DNA of 64,000 bases, from NCBI GenBank assembly GCA_052426225.1, contig JBNJNM010000021.1, positions 62,001-126,000 of the forward strand. Direction: 5' to 3'. This DNA comes from Zancudomyces culisetae HAW-14-8. Taxonomy: Eukaryota; Fungi; Kickxellomycota. The notes beneath the pieces were generated by a model that was not told the origin of the DNA, ran no database searches, and saw only the letters and a program-made list of their open reading frames with translations. The position numbers and the translations under genes are program-made. Shown here piece after piece: positions 37,349-51,115 of the stretch. Numbering within the stretch: the first letter of the stretch is position 1; each line of letters begins with the position of its first letter.

Positions 37349-37557
37349 CATCTACGTCCCTTATCTAGTTTTTAAACAGGAAGAACTTGAGACGAAAAGG
37401 ATGTGATGTATTATTGAAAATAACATGCCTCGGATGACACGGGAAATAATGGGAGTATAATCCCACTTTATTGAATTCTCTATAGAAAATTGGAATGTCC
37501 ATAGTTTGGAGTAATCATAGCCAATCTGTCGCTATCGATAACAAGAATAAAAACCGC

Positions 37558-37685
37558 AAAAAGGAAGCTAATAAACTCTTCCGGTTAAGTGTGCGAGTCA
37601 TGCTAGCTACAGAGTTCCTAAAGCCGCGCTTTTATTAGCTTTAGCTGCGGCTTTTCTTTAATTATTTTTTGCTGGCTTAACCTGT
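37558..37685 (+). ncRNA. Candidate small structured RNA with Sm-like site
   Basis: Stems 37620-37627/37647-37654 and 37583-37590/37675-37682, 11-nt complement 37565-37575/37631-37641, ATTTTTTG at 37664-37671. Confidence 0.25.
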
Positions 37686-38692
37686 TTCATCGATTGTGTG
37701 TGCTATTTTTTCTGCTTTTTTTCTTTTAGAACTCGGAATAGAAAACAAAAAAATGGCGTGTATGCCTGGGACCTGAATGGATTTGATGATTATACAAGTT
37801 TAGACATTGTTGTATCTACATACGGAAGGGGAATTTAAAAAGGAAAATAGACAGAGCTCATTTACACTTGGTCGTGTATTCCTTTTTCTTTTCTTTATTT
37901 TTTGTGCTTTTAATAAGAAAAAAAGGTTGAAAATGAGAATGGCGAAATAGCAATGTAAATATGAAAATGCAGAACTCGTGATTAAGAAAATGTAAAACCT
38001 TGGCGAATAGGCTTTGTTCATTGAGGTGCTGGTGGTTTTATTACAAGATTTTATCTGTGTGCAATACATGCCCAAAAAAAAAAGAAAGAATTGCTGCGTG
38101 TGATTAACATAGTAATAAACAGCGTTAGTGTGGTTTCGTTCAAATACCAAGAGTTATAACTGATGTCCCAAGCATTACTGTACTAATTAGGATTTACAAT
38201 CCTGTTTCACTTTGCAATGAATGCAGCCAGCTACAGAGCAAACTTCAAAAAAAAATAACAGAAACAAATTAAAAAAAAATAAAAAGAGCTGTGACCTGTG
38301 TGTGCACGGGTATGGATAGGCTTTAATAATGCAAGTTTGAATTAAAGCATTTAAATAAACCATATAAAAAAAATTCACACATTTCTAGTGGAATAAATAT
38401 AAAGACCTCAAGCCAAAACACACTAATAACAAAGCTAGAGGATAAATTTGTAAAACTAGAAACGTATAATATACAACATAGTGTGCCAGTTTTATAAAAA
38501 AGGTGCACATAGAACTTTCTTCGACCTAACTTCAGGCACGAACCAGCATTAACTTGGAATCGCGTGCAAAAGATTTATCTCTACTAAGAACAACGAGTTT
38601 AAAATACATAACATATAATCAAGAAACGTTAGAAAGGTTAAAAATATATGTAATATAATGTATAAAAAAAAGGCAACCAATAACTGAATATA

Positions 38693-41600
38693 ATGGAACG
38701 GTATACAGAAAGGGGTAAAAGTGCTGCGGGGAAGGCTTCTGAATATGAGCGGGAGATTAGGGGGAAATCCGTGGATACAGGGGATGGAAGGCTCCAGCAA
38801 GAAAGGGAGAGACGAAAAACCGCAGGCACAATAGGAAAAGGTAAGTTTGACAACAGAAATGCGAAATATTTGGAGGAGAGAGTTGATGTATATCACTCTT
38901 TTTTTTCCACGTTCAGAAATTGAAAGAAAATGAAAATGTGTATGAAAACCTATAAAATAAAATATAAAATAAAATATAAAATAAAATAAACACTTAAAGA
39001 TATATCTTATGCCGTACCGGAGCGAGGCTATGACAGCGGAAACGAATACAGCACAAAAATCCGAAAGGAGCTGGAAATTGATAAGAGAAATGCTTCGAAC
39101 CTTGGTGGAGTAACGAACAAACGGACAAGTAGTATCAAAATAGAGGATGGTATGGAAGGAAGAGGGCGGGGTAGTATTGAAAAAACGCAAAGTAAAGGAA
39201 CAAGCAAGACAGTACAGGTGGTACAGAATTTATTCCTAAAGGCCAGTCAGATAATAGTACAAACAAGGCTCGATTCAGAGCTGGAACTGGGCGAATCGAG
39301 TAAACAAGTAGAGGAGCACACAGGGCCACAACTGCAGCAAAGCCTTGAGGGCAGCCTGGGAACTATAAGTGGGTCGCAAATGTTTTTCAATAGAAACGAA
39401 AGCGAGAAAGGAGAGAAAGGGGCAGGTGGGGAGAAGGTGAGTGAAGAGGGTAGAAGAAGTAGAGTCAAAACGAACAGATGGTTTAGTATAGAACTGCGAG
39501 AGAGGGAAGCATTACGGGAGCTAACCAGCGAGTGGAGAGAGATGGTGGAGAAAGGAACAATTGGTAACAGGGCAATGTATATAGAAGTGTATTTAGATAC
39601 GTCGGAGATTGGACAAGACAAAATATTGGCAGTTAGACGAGAACGCGATGGTATACAAAAAGAAATAAAAATAGATCGAGTGGTGGAAGAAAGGAGATAT
39701 TTCGGTGGCGTTGACACGGGAAATAGGCGTACAGGTAGAGATATAGACAGACAAAAAGCGGAGGGCAAGAGGTCCGAAATAGCAAAAAGGTATCTAGAGA
39801 GATCACCACAAAGGTTATCAAGGTCATATTCTGGGATAGGAAGAGATGTTTTACAGGAAAGAGCAAAGTTGGAGGGCGATGTATATGCTCGACAATACGG
39901 AAACAAAAGACAAGATATCGGAGGGGAAGGAAGGGAACGAAGCAAACGTGTAGAAAAAATAGTTTTAGAAACGTGGAAAATAGAAGTGGATACGGAAATA
40001 GGCAGAAGGGAAAAGGATCTTCCGAATGTGGACGAGCTTCCGGGCGTGTATAAGAAAGCGGTAATATATTTTAGAACATTGTTTGGGTATGTGCACTTGT
40101 TACCAAGCATGCATTTTATGCAAAAGAAAAAGTATATGGAGAATAGTCCGGTGATGGAGGGAATAAAGCTGGGGTATAGAGTGGCACGAAATACCATTGG
40201 AGACAGCAGGTCTGGAGGGGGGGTCATTAGTGTCTTTGAAAAGATGTACGAGGGCGAAGCCGATACCAAGTATGAGCGGTTTAGCAGCCTGGCAACACCA
40301 ATGGGGAATTTTGATGTATCTGCCAGTTATCGAGAAGATTGGAACTTTGAAGTGATACCAAAAAGCACTGTAGAAGGTAGCACTGTAGCGGTAGGAGAAT
40401 CGCTGAATGCTGAGCGTGACATTATAGGTAACGCTGGAATCATTGGAATAGACGACAACTTTTTCACGCCTACACTTGCCAGCTATGGTTCAGGCAGCAG
40501 GAGAGAATCAGTGGCATCTCGGGGTTCGGGAAATAACCATAGCGGTACAAGCTGGACCAGCCGGTATGGTGGTTTTATGAATAACCACTACTCCAGCTCA
40601 CTTCCAGATACGGGGAATATGGTTATAAACAGAGGAAGAAACGTGATTCCATCCATCAACAACGATGTTTCCGCGACCACAAGGCCCAGGACATTGAGTG
40701 GAAGTGCAGGCGGAAGCGGAGGAGATATGATTGGTGAGAGGAGCGGAGACATAGAAATTATCTCTAATGCCGTCTCAATGCGCAATAGAAAGCTCAAACA
40801 AGCAGTGACCGGATCATATGGAGCAGCGACGACCCCTTCATCATCTTCTCCGTCTTCACTTCACTCCCTTTCGTCCTCATCAAGAATGAATATAAGGGCA
40901 CAAAACCCAGCTAGTAACAGCATTGCATTTAAACAGCAAAACACTGCTTTAGACCACTTGCAACAACAATCTTCATCGATCTCCTCATTAAATGCGAATT
41001 TGACTTCTGATGGCGAGATAATATTACAGCCAACATCCAAATACATTGGTGCTACAACTGTTGTTCCATCTTTAACTCTAGTAAATCCTTTTAAGCAGCC
41101 AGGAACTGGAGCTTCCATACCTATTGCAGCCGTTCCTCAGTCCCACTCTGTTCATGTTGTAGGGCAGCCACAGCCTTATACCAAGGCAGGTCAAAGTCAT
41201 GAAAATGATACTACTAACATCGGACCTGGTGGCGGAGACGCTATATCAACATCACTTACCACAAAGCCAACTCCATTAATGATCCACAACAATAATTCAT
41301 TTGGAAATAGTAGTAATATGTTTGCAAATGCCTTGGATTCACAGCGGCAAGTGAAGAGGTTATCGTCTTCTTTCCAAAGACGACATTCATACCGTGCTTC
41401 TGGCGGGATTAGCGCCGCAATGGAAAATAACACAATCAACCTATCAAAAAACTATAACAACAGTACAGGTAACAATAGCGTCTTATCGAATGTTTCCACC
41501 GGTCTAGTGCATCCCACAAATGTAGAAGCTGTTCGACAGGACATAGCTGCACAAAAAGACGAAAGTAATATAGATAGCGAAGCGGATCAGGTTAAGGACT

Positions 41601-42256
41601 TTATCCGACTGCTGGATATTCAAAAAGAAGCACCACCTGTTTTCTACAAAGAATCTGTACCCTCAACAGGATCACTTCCTTTAAATTTCGAACTTGGGGA
41701 TCATGCGAGTCCTGGAAAGAATTCCAAATCAACAAACAAAAAAGCATCCAATTTAAGCAAACTCCTACTTTTTGACCAACAACAACAGCATAAAATACAC
41801 AGGCAGAAACAAAAATCTAGAAATGATGAACCCCGTGGATTATCCGGTGATAGAAGTATTGGACATTTCTCAAAGCGCAATGAGGATTGTGTTATGACTC
41901 ATAATTTTGACAGAGAAATCGGCACCGATGCTAGCAGGCATAATAGACATGATAATGAACACCGATATGGAAGCTACGCTGGTTACGATCGGGGTGAAGG
42001 TAGAAGTAAAAGTAAGACTAAAATTGAAAGTAGGAGTAGGAGTAGGAGTGAGAGTAGGAGTAGGAGTAGAAGTGGTAGTTATAGTGGTAACAGTAGGGAA
42101 ATGTTTCCATATACTGAACAAGAGCACTCTTACAATGCCAGAAGCTCTACCAGAAGACGAGAACCTAGATCCAAGAAGAAGAATAACATTGGTATCTCTG
42201 CAGACGATGATCTTATCTTTACCATGAGCAATTCCTCGTTGACAAACATAAAGTAG
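38693..42256 (+). CDS. ATG13: Autophagy-related protein 13 (2 exons)
   Basis: HORMA motifs VVQNLFLKASQIIVQTR, TNRWFSIE, MYIEVYLD, IVLETWKI, ELPGVYKKAVIYFRTLFGYVHLLPS, TPMGNFDVSASYR, then a disordered tail ending DDDLIFTMS. Upstream exon 38693-38840 joins in frame through intron 38841-38999. Confidence 0.92.
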
Positions 42257-42417
42257 AATCATTTTTGTTGTTAAATCCCTGTCCCATTCTACTTTTCCAT
42301 CTCCCTTCTATTTTTGTCTTGCAGCTCGACCTCAAAGCAACTGTAACAAATGATTTTATTTTTGAACTAAAAAATAAAATAAAAAAAAAGAAACTTGGTA
42401 CTATTTGTAAAAATTCT

Positions 42418-44267
42418 CTATGAAGCACTAGTGTAGAAATAATATTGTTTCCATAGTGGAATATAGTCCTGAATTATTGATCCAAATAGACTGAGAATTG
42501 GCTTTTCGCTTGTCCACTTGTGGAAACTACTCATTTTCTCCCTTAAAGATATACATAATCAAACATTGTTAGCTTGTGTTTTAGATATAATAAAGTCCCA
42601 TACATAAACCCCTTCCAGCAAGATAACTCCTCCTCCAATAAAGCAAAAAAATGGCTTATTCCCGCTTTAAAATAAATAAAAAAAGATACTTACTCTACGT
42701 ATTTTTCAAAGACTGGCGACCTCAGTACATAGTAAATAAACATATTTCTTCTTCTGCTGAGTTCCTCAGTCTCGATTTCTCTCTTCCAGTCAAAACTCTG
42801 GTCCTCACCTCTTCTCAGCTTGCTGGTAATTGAACCAAACTCCAAGTCACGCACTACCATTATTCTGCTTGCTGTTTCGATGGCTAACGAAATCACCCAT
42901 GGTTTCCAGCTTTTTCGCCCAAATTTCCTGAGTAGCATCACATACGCCACAGGTCGGAGTATATACAGCAGCTCGCCAACTGTCCCAGTTATACCAGTAA
43001 ACGGCCGCACAAGACTAGGTCCGTTGCTAACATTCTGCGGCCTCTTGACCTGCGATTGGATATATCCGCCAAGACTATCCATCCCTCCACTCATCGTTTG
43101 TTTAGAAGACTCCAACACATTTTTAAGACTTTGGTACTGCATACTTTCGCGCTTTCCAACCCATACTTTCTCCACATCTGATACTTCTGCAGTGGGATGC
43201 ACACCACCCCCCATCAGGCTGTCCATTTTTTCCTTTTCTCTCCAAATATCCTGATCTTTGGGCTCCTCTCCCAATGTTCCAACATCCAGTATTCGCTCTG
43301 GTATCACTTCGGCTGTCACCATCCGACGCCCTGTCATCATAAACAATGATACTCTGCACATCGCTCTATATCAAAACATTCTTATATCTGTAAAGCCCAA
43401 CAATTAAATGAATATATAACCTATGTTTTTAGTCACACCTGTGGAACCCCCCCCCCTCTCCTCCCCTCCCACTCAATCACACACACATACACACTCTCTC
43501 TCTGTCTCTCTGCTACATTCTCGGATAGTATATGTACTTACTTTAAAACTTCAATTGTTGTAACCACTTGCCATCGCCTCTTCTCAGTAAATTTCTTGTG
43601 CAATACCATTTCCACCAACTGCTCGCTTAATCTTGTCCCAGTAACAATTAGTGCCAACACCTTGTATAAATTATTTTGCCTTGCATAGTAGTTATAATAC
43701 TTGTACTGTTCGGTTGGTTCAACAACCAATTTCTTCCCCTTGTTATCGTATAGTTTACCATCCTTCGCAGCCCTGTATAGGATTTTATCGTGATACAAGC
43801 TCAGAAAATTCACGCCACAATAGACTATTAATTAAATTCATTAAACATAAATATAAATCACTTGTCTATCCTATTATTTACTACTATAGTATCTGTGCAC
43901 AACGCCTACCAAGATAGTTTAAATATCCTTACTCGCTTCTGATGCCAGTTCTGCCTCTTCAAATCTTCCTATTGTTTTTTATCTTGTTACGTCAATATCA
44001 GAGAATACAAAATAAATTCAATCTACATTCACATTCAAATCACATTCACTTGAAGGTCCGCCATCATCCCATTCCTACCCTCTCCCCTCCCTTAAACTCA
44101 AAAAGTATAATATCGAAAAAAAGAAAAAAAAAATAGAAAAAAAAAAGAAAAAAAAGAGGGATTTTGTAAATACCTGGAAGTACATATGTCAATGTTCTTA
44201 GCCCGCTCTCGAGCGAGTTTATGGAAGCCGCATTTTTTATTAGGAATCGCTCGTACGCTTCTGACAT
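42418..44267 (-). CDS. PEX16: Peroxisomal membrane biogenesis protein Pex16 (multi-exon)
   Basis: [28 protein letters not shown]|[71 protein letters not shown]. Confidence 0.93.
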
Positions 44268-45121
44268 TGCCTACCTATTGCTCTTGTTGTATAAATGTTT
44301 GTATTACTAACAGTACAGCAAGTATACTGTCTAATTTGGTTTTAGTGAGAAAGAGCAGTAATGGTCTTGGGTGTTAAAACTGTATACCAAATCTTTAAGG
44401 TCTTGTAAATGTGGTATAGATTTCATTTCCCCCCTTTTTTTTAGTCGTGAATTTTTTTAGGACATTAATATTTTTATTTTTTTTTGCACTTGATTTTTAT
44501 CTTCTTGTCTCGGCGAATCATGTAACCAGATTTCAAGTTCCATCTCAATAATTGAGATAGTAACTAAAATTTAAGGAAATTCAACCTGTTAAATTAACTA
44601 GAACCATGGTCCAAACTCCCATTTTTAACCTCACTTTGGCTACGTCTACTCCGCAAATCACATTCAAAACACCAGCAATATTTTGTTATTTATCAATCTC
44701 GGCCCAGATTGGTCCCTTAAAATCACATGAAAAAAATTAAAGTAATCAGTGCAGCATTTCAAGCCATGGAAATCATATACTCCAACACCCCCCTTTCTGC
44801 CCTGCTACCATGGCTCATAACATATGCATATTTGATGTGTGAGATAATATGTGCATCCAGAACCAGTTTCTTTCCAAACATCAAATGAAAACTCTATTAA
44901 TATTTTATCATTTCGACAAGAAAGAGGGCTCTGGTTTGTTCTGATTCAAACAGTCTTATTTTTTTTATTCACATTGGGGTTTTTGACTATGTTAAAAGTA
45001 AGCTAAACCTATAGATTTAGTATCAATAATAATAGTAATAATAATAATAATAAAGTAGTACTATCTACAACATCGGTTTAATACAAACAAAGCAACTAAT
45101 AAAAATAACAACATACTCGCA

Positions 45122-45703
45122 CTATGGTAGTTTCGGAAGTGGATGACTGTTAGACGTTTTGGTCATAGCCATTGGTGAAGTTTTTGTTGGGACTATATAT
45201 TCTGCGTTAGGCAAGGTGTTTACAACATCTTTAGCTCTTCGTTCAGCTTCCGATTTTGGAGCCAGTTTTGGAGCTTGTTTTTTATGCATGTGTTTGTTAT
45301 GGTTCTCAACTTTCTTACTCTTATATTTACCACCGTGATTTTTTGCATGAGATGTCTTTACTTGCTTGAACTCTGCCTTCCTTGCAACAGTCGATATAGT
45401 TTTTTTTGCAAAGCGAAGCCTCTTTCCTGTATCAATAGTAAAGGTGGGCGTTGGTTTAAATGTATATATATTTTTTTTGTAAAGAGAGTCTAGTTTGCCT
45501 CCTACTGGTGTGGGTTTCAAAATATCGGACTTGCCAATGTATTGTATTGGTCTTGGATTAGGGGGACTAATGTGTAAAACGGTATCCATGTCAAGCATTA
45601 CCATGTAGTATGCGATTGCTGCGAGACCGATAAAACAAACTGATACTGCGCTAAATAGAAATAGCATTTTGAGTCTTAAAGTACCTACCCTGTTACCTAG
45701 CAA
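45122..45703 (-). CDS. Hypothetical Lys/Pro-rich protein with N-terminal TM/signal anchor
   Basis: ~180-190 aa ORF with hydrophobic MLFLFSAVSVCFIGLAAIAYYMVM. Start uncertain (ATG at 45667). Confidence 0.6.
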   Translation of the reverse strand: MLGNRVGTLRLKMLFLFSAVSVCFIGLAAIAYYMVMLDMDTVLHISPPNPRPIQYIGKSDILKPTPVGGKLDSLYKKNIYTFKPTPTFTIDTGKRLRFAKKTISTVARKAEFKQVKTSHAKNHGGKYKSKKVENHNKHMHKKQAPKLAPKSEAERRAKDVVNTLPNAEYIVPTKTSPMAMTKTSNSHPLPKLP

Positions 45704-47721
45704 TGAAAAATCTCGAGGATATGTTTAAATGTTTTGTTTAAGTCAAGATATACAAAATTTAAGTATAAAATCCCACCTTCAGTTTTTCAAACGCGTATTT
45801 TTTTTTGATTAGTATCGATCTTTTATACTTTCAAACAGTAAACTCAACCTAGATGGTAAATGATGCATGAAATATATATAAAAAAGAGCTATACTCAACT
45901 TTTTTTTTAGGACCCACATTAAAAATTCCCAAGCTTATACGTTATATTACATTATTTTGCGTATGGGTTCAAATATGTAGACTCATCATGCCTCTTTAAA
46001 TGTACAATTTGGTGAACTGTTAACATCTCTTTTTGGGGGGTTTGCTTTTCGGACCTTTTTTTCACTAAAGTTTATTCCTTTTAATTAAGAAAGAAAAAAT
46101 AATGCAAAACTAAATAAAGACTCCAAACCATCTTGGAAGTATTCATTTGATTTGGTTCATAAATATTTAATACCTAGGCTGAGACGAGTTTGGCACTGAG
46201 AATATTACACTAACTTGGAATATTATCCGTCTTATTTTATTACTTTTTGGGCTAAGGATAAATTAGTGGTACTTTTATCAGTTTACAATCAACTATGAGC
46301 AAATAATCTGAGCATCAAAGCAGAAACCCTCTTGCCTCTCAGTTTTAAAACATGAGAAAAGCTTTATATTTTATGGGAATTGCACGCAATATTAACTTGG
46401 TATGACTAGAAACCAAAATTCATGACTTTTTATTTGAAAGTATAGTTGTATGTGACATATTGCAAGAAAAAAAATAACAAGGCGTTCCTTCTAGTACAAT
46501 TAACCTCAAACCAGGATTAGCCTAAGAATTTCAAATAACCTAGAAAAGCAAATAAGCGCGCAACACTGCATTGGACACTTGATAACTCAGTCTTTTTTTT
46601 CGTTTTGATGGTATATTAGAATGGTTAAACCAATGTTCTATCACTAATCGGAAAAAAAGGATAACAATAATAATGAAATTCAAACAAAATAAGGGCGTAT
46701 GCAACTAATCATTGTTATTTTAGGAGTAGCTTGACGCCCTGTGGATGTGAAAGTTTCCTATAATATATTGCGATATGGGAAGTTTCTCAAGTTTAGAAGA
46801 AAGAATATAAACATGGTTTAGTGCAAGTAAATACAAGGAATGTTTATCCAGAAATATTATAATTAAGGAGTTTACCGATTCTGTGATGCGTTTATACACC
46901 ACAAGTTGTTCTTTTATATAGATTTCTATTTACTAAAATACATTGATGATTTTTATTTATTTGATTCCTTGAAAAATTAAATCATATAAAAAATTTAATA
47001 GCGCGAAATAAAGCCCGTGGGTTAAGGAAAATGGATGAACAATAAGAGTTCCAGGATATTGAACTGTATGAGCAAGTATATGGATTTAACATGGGATTTG
47101 CTACTAAAACTTCCTCTAGTGCATGAAACGCAACTACAGTTCGTGTTTAAAATGTTTAACATGAAATGAAAATGTTCATATAAAGTTGATTAAACCGGAA
47201 ATGAGAATAGTAAAAAAATAAAGATAAGATGGGAAAAGGAACGACAAAATTGGTCCAGATATCTGCTAGAAAGTTGCTGAAAGGCTGGTTCCCCTAGCCT
47301 ATAGGTTTCTACGTGAATTACCTAATTAGAAATTCCGTGTTGTTTTTTTTGTTACAAAAAATATATCTCAAATCTGAACTTTGTAAATAAATGTCCAAAT
47401 TTAGAAATTTCAAACGAAACGAAAAAGGATTAGGGTCAAAGGCAAGTAACTTGGGCATTATCCACTACAAGCAAGTGATATTCAATCCAGGACTTGTGTA
47501 CACTGGGGGGTAATCATCGCTGCATCAAATATAGTTTGAAATTGTAAACATTTCAGGTTCTTGATCCAAAACACTTGTGCAAAACAAAAAAAAGGGGCGG
47601 GAGAAATGAGTTTTGTATAAAAAAATATCGATGTTAAAGAAACAGTTTAATGGTTGAAATTTGAGAAACGACGGATGATAAGTAATAAAGTAAAACCAAA
47701 AAAACAAGAAAGAATTGTGAT

Positions 47722-50700
47722 ATGATGGCACATGAACAGGCTACAACAATTAACGGGATGGAGCTTCTTAATACCCAGGAAAAAGTGGGCGAATTACTAA
47801 AGATTATTAATGGGGTGTATAAGAAGTATCATGAAAATGGTAATACTATTTTTAAATCAATTATTCATATAATAGAAATCTAATTGCGTAAAGAGAAGCC
47901 ACATGAAATATGGCAAATGATCATAATATAGGGGGGGGGAGAAAAAGAAAGTACAAGGGTCGGTGACAAATGATTAACAATTAAATGATATTTTTTAGAT
48001 CAAGACTGGAGCAAAATTAGCGAGAAAGATAAAGAGACGCTTCCAGAAACATATGAAATGGCAATAACAGAAACAAAAAAGGAGATACATTTGATAGAGG
48101 ATCTGTTGAAACGAATAGAGCTATACAGCGAAAAGGATGGTATCTGTGGAGGTGAAGACAAAGAAATTGAAAATGATAAAGAAAAAGTATCAAAGGTGGT
48201 AACCAAGGTGGTAGGGGGTAAAAGCACTAGGCTTGACAACAACGACAGTAAAGATACACAGGGTTACGATGATGAACGGGTCAGGGGAGGAAGGAGTATT
48301 TCTGAAAACGCAATGAATACTGGTTCAAGTGAAACGGATGCTGGGAAAACTGGGGACAGCGAAGCAGGAGCCATAACAAAAGGTGGTGTTGTTGTTGGAG
48401 CTGAAGATGGTGAGCGGTATAAGAAGGAAGAAGGTATGTATATGATCAATAAATATACAAATAAAAATATTAAGATGATATACCGGAATGAGCCTGATAA
48501 AAAAAACAAGATATTAACAGTGATATTACCAAATAGAGAGCAAAAAGGGTGGGGGTGATCAAGCTTCAAAAAACAGTGGTGACGGTAAAGGGCAAGATAT
48601 AATTCAAAGTGAAGAAGATAGCGGTAAGGTGAAGCAGGAATTTAATCTAAAATTATACTTTAAAGATGAAGACCAAGGTCAAGAAGAGACCACAAAGCCC
48701 AAGAAAGAAATAGCTACAGGAGGCTTGAACAGGAGGATAAAGCTAGAAAAGGGAGAAAGCGGAGACTTTGAGGAAAAGGGTGGTAAGGGGCTAAAGAGTA
48801 GACAGAGTGGGAAGGGTGTAGATAGTAGGACTAGAAAGGAACCCAGCTACGTTCAAGGAAACACGGGTCAAAAAGGGGATAGGTATGAAGGAGAAGGCTA
48901 TAAGAGCAGTGGAAACAAGAAAGGAAGCAACGAGAATGAGAATAAGGATAAAGCTCTGGAGGATGAAAGTAGTGAAGAAGAGAAGGCGACACAATGGGAT
49001 ACAAAAGTGGCTAACATGAAAGATGGTAGTGGACATACAAAGGGTCAAGGAAGTATAGGTATAGGTGCAGGTATAGGTGCAGGTACAGATGGTGGGAGGG
49101 CAAAATTGGGGAGCAGAAATGTGGGCAAAGGGAACTATCGGGAAAAGACAATTACAATGGAAAGGGTAAGCACAGGAACAGCCGAATCAACACCTACAGA
49201 GCCTACCACACCAACGACGACATCATTAGGTGCAGGTAGCTTGCGGAATGCAGATAAAAGGGATTATGATAAAGCCAGAGTGGAGAGAGATAGAGTGAGA
49301 GACAAGGGAAGAGACCGTGACAAAAATAGAAACGGGGAGAAAGAAAAGGACAAGGATAAAGATCGAGAACGAGAAAAAAGTAGGAGTATGGACAAAGACA
49401 AAGATAGAGGTAAAGATAAGGATAAGGATAGGGGTAGAGGCAGAGATAAGGACAGGGATAGGGACAGGGACAGAGAAAGGGATAGGGACAGAGAAAGAGA
49501 TAGGGACAGAGATAGGGACAGAGATAGGGACAGAGATAGGGACAGAGACAGAGACAGAGATCGCGACAGAAATAGAAATAAAAGTAGAGAAAGAGAGCGA
49601 AATAGGAGCAGAGACCGGGAAAGGGATAAGGATAGAGATAAAGACAGGGGTAGAGATAGGGAAAGGGATAAGGATAGAGATAGAGATAGAGACAGGGATC
49701 GTGATAGGGATCGTGATAGGGATAGAGATAGGGAGAGGGATAGAGAGAGAAACAGGGATAGGGATAGAGACAGAGATAGAGACAGGGAGAGGGATAGGGA
49801 GAGAGACAGGGAGAGGGAGAGAGAAAGAGACAGGGATAGAGAAAGAGATAAGGATAAGGATAAGGATAAGGATAGAGGTCGGGATAAAACGCGGAATAAA
49901 GATCGAGGTAGGAGCATGGAGCGTGGTCACGAATCCAAAGTGTTGGAAGAAGGCCGAAACAGTGGCAGCCCATCATCACACACGAGCACCAGCAACAGTT
50001 CCAATTCGTATCCAACACCTAGATCTCGTCAACCAGTCTCACAATCGCCCTATATATCTCAGCCTCAGCCTCAGCCTCAGCCTCAACCTCAATCTCAATC
50101 TCAACCACAACCCAGGACCTCTGTCTCAACAAAAGATAAAGGCCGATCATTCCGACAACTAGATTTCTCGCGAGATAGAAAAACTCCTGTACATATACAG
50201 ACCCCTCCTAAGGAGCCTGTTCGCACCGCAACAGATGAAAAGCTAAGCGAGCAGCCTATTGCCACACAAGTGGTCGGTGCTGAACAACAGACTACAGCTG
50301 GTACAAAAAGAGGTTCTGAAAACATTGACAAGGGCGGTATAGAGGCGGGGCTCAGGTCAAAAGAAACGGCAAACGGACCTGTAAAGCGCACGCGTACAGG
50401 CGATTCGGGGGGTGAACAAGGCTCAACAGATATAAAACGGCGATCTGGTTCTGTATCTGCATCTGCGACAGAACCTACGGGTGTAACCGACTTTGCTCAT
50501 TTGATAAAGGTAGGAAGCTATGTGGCGGCCAAAATGCCTTCCGAAGATGACCCCAATGGCGAATGGATCTTGGCCATTGTTCGGACAATTAGTGCAGACA
50601 AGAAAAAATACACAGTTGAGGACGTCGATGAAATAAGCGATCTCAGTCAAAAGGCAAAGACGGCCTCCCCCAATCTCCACGTTCTAAGCAGAGCGCAGGT

Positions 50701-51115
50701 TATATTTGTTTCCGATCCTTTCACAGCTGCTGGCGACTCTTCTGCTGCCACATCGACAACAACATCGCGCAGAAAGGCCTCGCATGCATCAACTGCACTC
50801 TCACCAGCAGATAAGCAGGTTTATGCATCCAAAAAGAGTATCATCACTGGGGACAGGGTTTTGGGTATTTATCCAAACACAACTGTCTTTTACCGTGGCG
50901 AGATAATAAAAACAGGCAGCAACCCTGGCCCAAGCGATCTTCCTCATTTTATCAACGGGTCATTGGCAACGGCTGATCACCATCCAGCTGTCATCACCTT
51001 TCTTAAGAAATGGGAGTCCAACTATGCCGGAAAGCCGTTCTTCACAATCTTGTTTGATAATGATGACGGAAGGCTGACTGATGTTCCCAGCATTTTGGTC
51101 TTGAAGGAAAACTAG
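47722..51115 (+). CDS. SGF29: SAGA-associated factor 29-like (tandem Tudor) with large RD/RE repeat (3 exons)
   Basis: Introns 47840-47998 and 48434-48536 join in frame. C-terminal VGSYVAAK..EWILAIV..YTVEDVD and GDRVLGIYPNTTVFYRG..ILFDNDD match the SGF29 Tudor pair. Confidence 0.85.
49280..49920 (+). repeat. Coding hexamer repeat (GATAGG/GACAGA/GATAAG) encoding RD/RE/KD dipeptides
   Basis: About 200 codons of near-pure alternating charge. Confidence 0.95.

Noticed and set aside
38549-39190. 213-aa minus ORF
   Set aside because: Antisense to ATG13 exon 1 and its A-rich intron. The F/I/Y richness reflects T-richness.
20834-44267. Functional clustering (PalC/Pef1/Cyk3; Atg13/Pex16)
   Set aside because: Housekeeping genes interleaved with unrelated ones, with no shared regulatory evidence. 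Probably chance.
49203-50162. Long alternative-frame ORFs (SLSL, YPYP, ISIP, IEIG)
   Set aside because: Stop-free by-products of the hexamer repeat.
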